Shown: positions 8,524 through 15,710 of the stretch, piece by piece | Numbering within the stretch: the stretch's first letter is position 1 | Layout: each line of letters starts with the position of its first letter | Source of the DNA: Candidatus Heimdallarchaeota archaeon | Lineage (GTDB): Archaea > Asgardarchaeota > Wukongarchaeia > Wukongarchaeales > JBHIFL01 | Length of the DNA: 19,724 bases | Reading direction: 5' to 3' | Assembly: GCA_046761065.1 (NCBI GenBank) | Contig: JBHIFL010000075.1 | Location: forward strand, 1 to 19,724 | Notes under the pieces: generated by a model | Databases searched by the model: none | What the model was told of the DNA's origin: nothing | The model's input: the letters and a program-made list of their open reading frames with translations, nothing else | Made by a program: the position numbers and the translations under genes

Positions 8524-10116
8524 TTATTCTGTCATTGCGAGTTTGCGTACAGCCAATTTCATCAGTACAGCACCTATAATATTCATAAGACCCCCAATGA
8601 CGATTATTAATTTAAGCAAAAACATATTAATGGCTTCTGGCTCGAGTCCTAACCGGAACAGGAGATATCCAGTTGGAGCTATAATTCCAATGATGATCCC
8701 AATGGTTATAAAGAGATTCAGTGCCATCTTCATTCCTTCGACATCATATGCTGGATTATACGTTGAAACAAATAATCCAATTGAGGTAGAGCCAGCAAGA
8801 ACGATGAGAATACCTAACATGCCAATTATAATGGCATTCCAAGATGTTCTTATCCACAATCCTATAACTACAGGTACTGGAACATAGACTAAGCCTGTAA
8901 TAAGGCTTTGCTTCCACTTCGTTATTAGGAATGATTTCTCCCCATCAGGTGCAGATTTCCACAGCCACATGGCGTCTTTACTAAGTGCATAAACCGTCAG
9001 GGCTGGGAAGGGAGCCAAGAACAAAATCATCATAAGAGGCGTTATAATACCAATCTCTGGGCTCTGTGCTTCCGCTGGAATGGTGCGTAGTGTGAAAAAG
9101 GGAATTATATATACAATTGCTGCTAACATTCCAAACTGTAAGGCATTTTTAGGGTTCCTAAAGAAGATCTTTTGATGAAAGATCACACGGTCGCCCACTC
9201 CAAATCGCCGTAATATGCGATAGATGATCCCTTCCTTTTCAATCGTGACCGTGGGTACTGTGACACCTGCTTCAAGGGAAAAAAGTCGTCCAGCAGCTGA
9301 AAATCCCCCGAAAAACACCCCGAGAATTATTAAACCTAACAGGAACATACTCACCCCCCCAGATGGATTTGGGAGGTATTGAGGGGGGAGAAAATCTCCC
9401 AGGAGCGCCTCATTAATGATGTTACCAGCTAGAGTAGTCGGCAAGAATCTATAAGAGGCCCTTTCAGAAACCCCAACAAGCCCCAGCCCTCGCTGTGGGA
9501 TGATATAGAATAAGCTGTAGATTACAACAAAGATGATAATAAAGGCAATCATGGCAGCTCGATTACGGCTTACACGATCTACAATTGGTTCAACAATGGC
9601 CAAAACAATACCACTCACAAGAAGCGCCAAAATCACCGTTTCAGCCAGAGCGATTCCAATTTTTAAAATTGCCACAAGCCCAGTTCCGAACACTACAGAT
9701 GCAGCTATCGCGATCGGAGCATACAAGAATGCAAATGCGATTACAACACTTGGAAGCATCGCTAGAAATGAGCCTATAAGCATATCACCATAGCCAATCG
9801 GTGCCGAAAGTAATAATTGGATATCCCTTCGTTTTCGCTTTCTAATGCCTACTAGGACATTTATATATATAATATACCCCCAAATTCCTAGGATTATTAA
9901 AGATAGGATCACTGAGAAGGCCACAACTTCAAGTCCTGGTAGAGTTCCAAGGGCTGTGAGAATTGGAGTCTTGAGCCTATTGAATAGAATATACAAAACG
10001 ATAAAATAAGCTATAAAACTTCCAATAAGGGCGGGAAATACCTTCTTGCGATGAATCCAAACTTTTCCAAGATTAATTCGGGCATGAAATTTACCAATAG
10101 TTATCCATCCGCCTAT
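8524..10116 (-). CDS. ABC-2-type exporter permease (duplicated multi-TM), likely ATA start at 10116
   Basis: Two similar hydrophobic halves ('LLLSAPIGYGDMLIG' and 'WLWKSAPDG..SFL..KW'), directly downstream of an ABC ATPase. The frame is open upstream of TTG 9996 to a TAG at 10131-10129, and AGGAGGT (10130-10124) precedes ATA at 10116. Confidence 0.8.
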   Translation of the reverse strand: MGGWITIGKFHARINLGKVWIHRKKVFPALIGSFIAYFIVLYILFNRLKTPILTALGTLPGLEVVAFSVILSLIILGIWGYIIYINVLVGIRKRKRRDIQLLLSAPIGYGDMLIGSFLAMLPSVVIAFAFLYAPIAIAASVVFGTGLVAILKIGIALAETVILALLVSGIVLAIVEPIVDRVSRNRAAMIAFIIIFVVIYSLFYIIPQRGLGLVGVSERASYRFLPTTLAGNIINEALLGDFLPPQYLPNPSGGVSMFLLGLIILGVFFGGFSAAGRLFSLEAGVTVPTVTIEKEGIIYRILRRFGVGDRVIFHQKIFFRNPKNALQFGMLAAIVYIIPFFTLRTIPAEAQSPEIGIITPLMMILFLAPFPALTVYALSKDAMWLWKSAPDGEKSFLITKWKQSLITGLVYVPVPVVIGLWIRTSWNAIIIGMLGILIVLAGSTSIGLFVSTYNPAYDVEGMKMALNLFITIGIIIGIIAPTGYLLFRLGLEPEAINMFLLKLIIVIGGLMNIIGAVLMKLAVRKLAMTE

Positions 10117-10123
10117 TTTTTGA

Positions 10124-10130
10124 ACCTCCT
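10124..10130 (-). promoter_or_regulatory. Shine-Dalgarno of the ABC permease
   Basis: Perfect AGGAGGT, 7 nt upstream of the in-frame ATA. Confidence 0.65.
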
Positions 10131-10188
10131 AGGGTGTTTCTTGTTATTGAATATAAAGAACATTAGTGACTAGTATTTGGGAAATCGA

Positions 10189-10971
10189 TCATTCGCCTCG
10201 CCAAGAAAGCAAGACCTCCGCATCCCTCTTTTTAAGTCCCGTAACCGTGAAAAATGCTTCTTCAAGCTTCTGGGTTCCAGTTTTAGAGAGTAGATCGTTT
10301 AAAGTTCCGTGTGCCATTAGATTTCCCTCGTGCAAGATTGCAATCCGGTCACTCACCTCCTCGATTAAAGGTAATTGGTGGCTTGAGATAAAGATAGTAC
10401 GTCCTGCTTCCTCTGCGAGCTGATCAATTAAATCTTTCACCATTCGAGCGGCTGCAGGATCTAGCGAGGAAGTTGGTTCATCAAGGAAGAGAACAGGCGG
10501 ATCATGGACAATCGTAGATGCAAGCATGAGTCTTTGCCGCATACCTGCCGAGTATCCTGCAATCAAATCATTTCCACGATCCATAAGGTCGAATAATGTC
10601 AGTAGTTGATCAGTCCTTTTCCTGATTTTTTTTCGTGGAACGTTGTAAAGTTCTGCGATGAATTGAAGGAATTCTCTGGCAGTCAAATCTTCATATGTTC
10701 CAGGTCTTTCTGGGAGGAGACCAGTGATTCGTTTCACTTCTCTTCGCGCGGAGATCACATCAAACCCTCCGACGGCTGCCCTTCCGGAAGTAGGGGAGAG
10801 AAGACCACTAAGAATTCTTACCAGGGTGGTTTTCCCAGCTCCATTTGGACCTACAAGACCGAAAGTTTCCCCCTGCTTAATATAAAGTGAAACTTCATTT
10901 AACGCACGGATTTTTCCAAAATCTTTCGTTAGGCCCTCTATATTGATGTATCGTAAAGGATCCACTGTCAA
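10189..10971 (-). CDS. ABC transporter ATP-binding protein (ABC-2/DrrA/NatA-like exporter)
   Basis: Walker A GPNGAGKTT, signature YSAGMRQR, Walker B LFLDEPT, H-loop SSH. Confidence 0.96.
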   Translation of the reverse strand: MTVDPLRYINIEGLTKDFGKIRALNEVSLYIKQGETFGLVGPNGAGKTTLVRILSGLLSPTSGRAAVGGFDVISARREVKRITGLLPERPGTYEDLTAREFLQFIAELYNVPRKKIRKRTDQLLTLFDLMDRGNDLIAGYSAGMRQRLMLASTIVHDPPVLFLDEPTSSLDPAAARMVKDLIDQLAEEAGRTIFISSHQLPLIEEVSDRIAILHEGNLMAHGTLNDLLSKTGTQKLEEAFFTVTGLKKRDAEVLLSWRGE

Positions 10972-11278
10972 ATCAACACTTCCTGTTACTTTTTACACTT
11001 TTGTTAGCTTTCATTTTTACCTTGAAATAATTTTGGATTTATTATCTAGAAAACTCAATATACATATTTGTCCTTTAGACCTTATGACGATATTAGAAAA
11101 TACTATAGAGGTCAATTTGAGAGGAGTTCTCTAGGACTTATCAAAGGTTGTAAGTAAGATTTGGAGTTAATTTGTTATATCTGTTTATAAAGGTTCATGC
11201 TATTGATTCTTTTTCCCTCAGCGATTTTATATCGCGGGCAATGAGCAAATCGTTGCGTATGGAGCACTTTGGCAAAGG

Positions 11279-12592
11279 TCAAAACCCTGACAGATAATCC
11301 TGCAGGATCTGTACTATCTTGTTAATCTCGTCTTTTGTGATAATCAGTGGAGGAGCAAGGAGGATATGATCGCCACTGAGACCATCCTTTGTTCCAGACC
11401 CAGGATAAACGACCAATCCTCGATCCATTAGGTCTCTCATTATTTTATACGCCATGTAGTCGGTGGGAGGAAAGGGTTCCTTCTGTTCTTTGTTTTTTAC
11501 AAATTCGATGCCAAACAGGAGTCCCTTCCCCCGTATATCCCCAACAATGGGGCGCTCTTCTAGATCAGCAAGTCTTTCTACAAAGTACTCACCCATAATT
11601 TTTGCGTTTTCTACTAATCGCTCATTTTCAATAATTTCGAGGACTTTCAGGGCAACTGCGGTTGTTAAAGGGTTGAAAGCAAAGGTAAAGCCGTGAACAA
11701 ATTCAACGGTCTCATCTTCGAAGGTTTCGGAAATTCTTCTATGAGTCATGATTCCTGCTAGAGGGCTATATCCCGCTGCAATCCCCTTCCCAAAGGATAA
11801 GATATCTGGCGTCACATTCCAATGTTCCATTGCGAAATACTTCCCCGTCCGCCCAAACCCGGTCATGATTTCATCAGCGATAAATAGCACCTCATAGGTG
11901 TCGCAAATCTCCCGGATTAGTGGAAAATACTCGTCTATTGGGGGTACCGCCCCAAGTGTCGCTCCAACAATAGGTTCAGCAATGAATGCGGCAATATTTT
12001 CTGGTCCTTCTCGTTTCACAACCACTTCGAGTTCTCTTGCGCATTCCAGATCGCAGGATCCACTTATTTTGTTAAATGGGCAACGATAGCAATATACAGG
12101 AGGAATAAGGGGCATATGCAAAAGGAGATTTGAATAATCTCTGCGGCGCTTGGTATGACCCGAAATAGAGAGCGCTCCTAAAGTATTTCCATGAAAACTT
12201 TGCCACCGAGAAACAATCTTGGCCTTTCTGGGATTTCCTATCAGTTGTTGGTATCTTATGGCGAGTTTGATGGCGGTTTCATTCGCTTCCGATCCGCCTG
12301 AAACAAAATAGGATCGATCCATATTCTTAGGTGCTAATGTTGTGATCTTATTACTCAATTCCAGACTTGGTTTGTTCATAAATTGTACCCGTATAACGTA
12401 GGCAATCTTGGCTGCTTGGTCCCTCATAACTTCAGCAACTTCTTCCCTTCCATGTCCAATTCCAACAACAACAGCGCCAGAACTCGCATCAATATAGGTT
12501 TTTCCTTCAATATCTTTAAGATAGATCCCTTTTCCAGAATCTACAATTGGCAAACCTTCATAGGTCTTATGTGCTAGAATCGCGTTTTTCAT
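11279..12592 (-). CDS. Class III PLP aminotransferase (omega-amine/BioA/YodT-like)
   Basis: 'YIDASSGAVV..IGHG', 'SGGSEANE', 'SFHGNT', 'AEPIVG', 'DEIMTGFGRTG' and PLP lysine in 'FGKGI'. Start placed at ATG 12592 behind SD AAGGAG (12607-12602) rather than TTG 12616. Confidence 0.93.
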   Translation of the reverse strand: MKNAILAHKTYEGLPIVDSGKGIYLKDIEGKTYIDASSGAVVVGIGHGREEVAEVMRDQAAKIAYVIRVQFMNKPSLELSNKITTLAPKNMDRSYFVSGGSEANETAIKLAIRYQQLIGNPRKAKIVSRWQSFHGNTLGALSISGHTKRRRDYSNLLLHMPLIPPVYCYRCPFNKISGSCDLECARELEVVVKREGPENIAAFIAEPIVGATLGAVPPIDEYFPLIREICDTYEVLFIADEIMTGFGRTGKYFAMEHWNVTPDILSFGKGIAAGYSPLAGIMTHRRISETFEDETVEFVHGFTFAFNPLTTAVALKVLEIIENERLVENAKIMGEYFVERLADLEERPIVGDIRGKGLLFGIEFVKNKEQKEPFPPTDYMAYKIMRDLMDRGLVVYPGSGTKDGLSGDHILLAPPLIITKDEINKIVQILQDYLSGF

Positions 12593-12601
12593 GCGTTTTC
12601 G

Positions 12602-12700
12602 CTCCTTACTATGCAAGCCCCAAAGAACGATTTCATATCTGTATCGCTACGAATCAGTTCTCTCACAGATGACAGGTTAGCATTACCTGTTGCGGGCATG
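12602..12700 (-). other. Candidate structured 5' leader (cis-regulatory RNA) of the class III aminotransferase
   Basis: Nested complementary helices 12697-12691/12622-12617, 12690-12685/12677-12672 and 12661-12648/12637-12624, plus a competing helix 12670-12665/12642-12637, all between TATA and SD. Confidence 0.4.
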
Positions 12701-12704
12701 AATC

Positions 12705-12740
12705 CGAATCTTGACGTGACGTGATTCGCTTTTAAATATA
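12705..12740 (-). promoter_or_regulatory. TATA box plus operator-like inverted repeat upstream of the aminotransferase
   Basis: Minus-strand TATATTTAAAAG (12740-12729) directly followed by the palindrome CGAATC-N12-GATTCG (12705-12728). Confidence 0.5.
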
Positions 12741-13215
12741 CACTTATTTGTGTGCAGGGTTGTTCACTAGGTTAGGCGGCTAGAAGAATTTTGTTTAAGT
12801 TGTTTAATAGTTGCATTCATCATTGACTTATCTATATTCAATTGAACCGAATACTAAACTAAGATTTGATCAAGAAATGATTTTAATGTTCTTCTAGCAG
12901 GCTGTTCAATCACCTTCTTAACAATCAAAGGTTTGGAAAATGTCGGCTAAGCAGATATAAAAATATGTTCACTAATAGTGTTCTTCCTCGAAGTATTTAC
13001 AGGGTGAAAGGAATCGCTAGAAGTCATATTGCCATGTTCTATTTTCTAGATTTCCAGTAACTCTTTATGAGTAAATTTTATCTATAAATCCGTTCTCTGC
13101 GATTTCCACAAATTATCACACAGTCTTTTGCCCATTAATCCCTTCAAAATAGTAAAATAGTTAAAAGGTAAACATATCCAACGTTTAAATAGAAATTATG
13201 AAATGAGGCTTCAAA

Positions 13216-13998
13216 TTGAAAGAGAATAGGCTTAAAAAATTGATGCAGAAACGAGAACCAACCCTTGGGACGCGTATCGAGATCATTTGGCCAGCAGTGA
13301 CAGAACTTATTGGATATACTCGTATGTATGATTATGTAGAGTTCTTAAGTGAATACGCACCTTATACATTATACGATTTTGGGGACTTAGCACGTGCTGC
13401 AGAACTAGTTGGTCTCTCCTCGATGATCAAAATTGATCAAGAACCTCGCACGTATCTTGCGGGGCGAGCACTCTCAGCAGGTATCCAAAATGTGCTCTTT
13501 GCAGATATTCGAACAGTAGAGGACGCGGATACAGCCATCCGAGCGGTGAGAGCAGAACCTAGAGGAGTTAACGGTGTAAAAACGGACCGATGGACAGGTT
13601 GGGGGGCAACCGGCACCATCAAAGACATTGTTCAAATGTGTGACGATGCTGTGGTAGCCATTATGATAGAGAAAAAGTCTGCGGTCGAAAACTTGGAAGA
13701 AATCCTGTCTCTGGACGGGATAGACATGGTCCAGTTTGGACCTTCAGATTATTCGCTCAGTATAGGCCTTCCGGGGGAAAAAACCCACCCCAAGGTGAAA
13801 GAAGCGGAACTCAAAACGATTAAAACCGCATTAAAGATGGATATAGCTCCTAGAGCTGAAATAAACCTTCCAGAAGATGCAGAAAAATATATTGAGCTAG
13901 GAGTACACGATTTTAACCTTAATACAGATATACATATCTTATTTAATTGGTGGAAGCATAACGGAAGCAAATTGAAGAAAATACTTGAAAAAATATAA
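13216..13998 (+). CDS. HpcH/HpaI (class II pyruvate aldolase / citrate lyase beta-like) family protein, divergent
   Basis: 'N.LK..M....PTLG', metal-ligand motifs 'MIEK' and 'FGPSDYS', and 'ENLEEILSLDGID'. TTG start with GAGG upstream. Confidence 0.9.
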   Translation: MKENRLKKLMQKREPTLGTRIEIIWPAVTELIGYTRMYDYVEFLSEYAPYTLYDFGDLARAAELVGLSSMIKIDQEPRTYLAGRALSAGIQNVLFADIRTVEDADTAIRAVRAEPRGVNGVKTDRWTGWGATGTIKDIVQMCDDAVVAIMIEKKSAVENLEEILSLDGIDMVQFGPSDYSLSIGLPGEKTHPKVKEAELKTIKTALKMDIAPRAEINLPEDAEKYIELGVHDFNLNTDIHILFNWWKHNGSKLKKILEKI

Positions 13999-14127
13999 CT
14001 TAGGAACTAAATAGATAAACTGCATGATTTTTATCCCTCTTTACCGTTCTATGCGTATGAGGGTTTTAAATTTGGGTTAACCTCTCTCACCACACGAATC
14101 TAGGCGATGGACATCTTATGAACCTCA

Positions 14128-15093
14128 TCAAAAGGTCAAACCACCTTGTTCAGGTACCACATTCACAGGACGTTCATTTCGTAAAATCCGGAGAACTTCG
14201 TTTACACAGCTCATCCCCATTCTTTTTCGAGTTTCCACCGTTGCAGAACCTATATGCGGCGTAATCAATACATTAGGAAGTCCTAATAGTGGATCATTAA
14301 GTGGAACTGGTTCTGGATCATATACATCTAGCCCGGCGCCAGAGATTTGTCCCCTCTGAAGGACCTCAACGAGCGCCTTCTGATCAACTACTGCACCCCG
14401 TGAGGTATTAATGAGATAAGCTGTTGGTTTCATCAGTTCCAATTCCTTTTTTCCAATCAATCCCCGAGTTTTCGCGTTGAGTGGGACATGCAAGGAGATA
14501 AAATCCGATTCTTGAAGTAGTTCATTTAATACAGCTCGCTTAGCTCCAAACAAGGATTCCGCCTCTTTTTGAGGAACTATGTCAGTATAAAGGAGTTTCA
14601 TCTCGAATGCATGGGCACGTTTTGCTACTTGAAATCCAATCTGTCCAAGTCCTACGATTCCAAGTGTTTTTTGCTTGAGATCAATGCCGTAAGGGCCACT
14701 TCGTTGCTTTTTAGCCCACTCCTTTCGTGTATAGCGGTCTGCGTTCACAATGTTTCGGGCCACACCAATAATGAGTCCAAGGGTAAGTTCTGCCACCGCT
14801 TCCGAGAGGACATGCGATGTAATCGTCACATAGACACCCCGTCGAGTGCAAGCACCTACATCTACGGTATCATATCCCACTCCAAATCTCGCTATCAGCT
14901 TCAAGGCCGGAACTTGCTGCAGGAATTCCTCATTCACCTGGACTCCAAGGGCGATGATTGCGATTGTGTCCTTTTGTTCTTCCTTCACGGTCTTAATTGG
15001 CTCAAAAATGGCATGAACCTTCCGACATAATAATTCAACTACATCATCGTGAAATAATTGTCTCTGAGCATCTACTATCACTTTTGGCTTCAT
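14128..15093 (-). CDS. D-isomer-specific 2-hydroxyacid dehydrogenase (glyoxylate reductase GyaR / D-glycerate dehydrogenase-like)
   Basis: 'RFGVGYD', Rossmann 'GLGQIG' with a downstream Asp (YTD, suggesting NAD), and catalytic motifs 'NTSRG', 'DVYDPEP', 'PHIGSAT'. Confidence 0.93.
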   Translation of the reverse strand: MKPKVIVDAQRQLFHDDVVELLCRKVHAIFEPIKTVKEEQKDTIAIIALGVQVNEEFLQQVPALKLIARFGVGYDTVDVGACTRRGVYVTITSHVLSEAVAELTLGLIIGVARNIVNADRYTRKEWAKKQRSGPYGIDLKQKTLGIVGLGQIGFQVAKRAHAFEMKLLYTDIVPQKEAESLFGAKRAVLNELLQESDFISLHVPLNAKTRGLIGKKELELMKPTAYLINTSRGAVVDQKALVEVLQRGQISGAGLDVYDPEPVPLNDPLLGLPNVLITPHIGSATVETRKRMGMSCVNEVLRILRNERPVNVVPEQGGLTF

Positions 15094-15710
15094 GTTAAAT
15101 CCCTCAAATCAACGAAATATTAATTATTTAATATCTAAACCCACCTCTTTCTTGTAGCTGTAATTCAATTAGCTTACCATCAACATTTCGACATCATAAT
15201 AGGAAACAACTTAATCATAAAACCATTGCTTCATCTTAGAATTAAGCGAAATTAATTACAAAACAAGAGTCTTCCAACTTCTTCAGTGATGTATTGTGTA
15301 AACACCGGATTTTTCGGTCGTTATAACTCTTTTTGTCAGTTGAACATCCAGAGTTCAGCTATTGATGTTGTTCTTTTTAGTATATAAATCAAACTGGGGA
15401 TGACTTTTGGATTAGTTGATAACTGTTAAATTCTTTATACGAATTCTATTTTCACTTTTGTGAGTATTTTATTGCTTTTTCAAGGGGTTTTAATGAAGTT
15501 TCTAGCTAATTTGATGTGGAATTGTATTTACAAACTTCGTATTTTTTTTCGTTTTTGAGATATACATTTCTGTATTTTTTTTATATCATTTACAATAGGG
15601 AAAACACTGTTAAATCTTCTATGCAAGATTTTTTTTACGATATCACAGAAACATTTGAACATTAATGGAATAAGAAAGCTGTTTATTGGGGTCATAAAAG
15701 GAGAAGGAAA

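Noticed and set aside
12650-12720. SAM-I or TPP riboswitch call for the aminotransferase leader (GUCAAGA...CCCGCAAC...UGCUAA; CAGGUAAUGC)
   Set aside because: Only superficial words match. The SAM-I GGAGGGA kink-turn and GCAACC/GGUGC P3, and the TPP CUGAGA/CCCU core, are missing.
15094-15710. 617-bp AT-rich gap as a pseudogene or ncRNA
   Set aside because: It contains only short frames and weak inverted repeats (e.g. GTTGAAC/GTTCAGC), consistent with a divergent promoter region.
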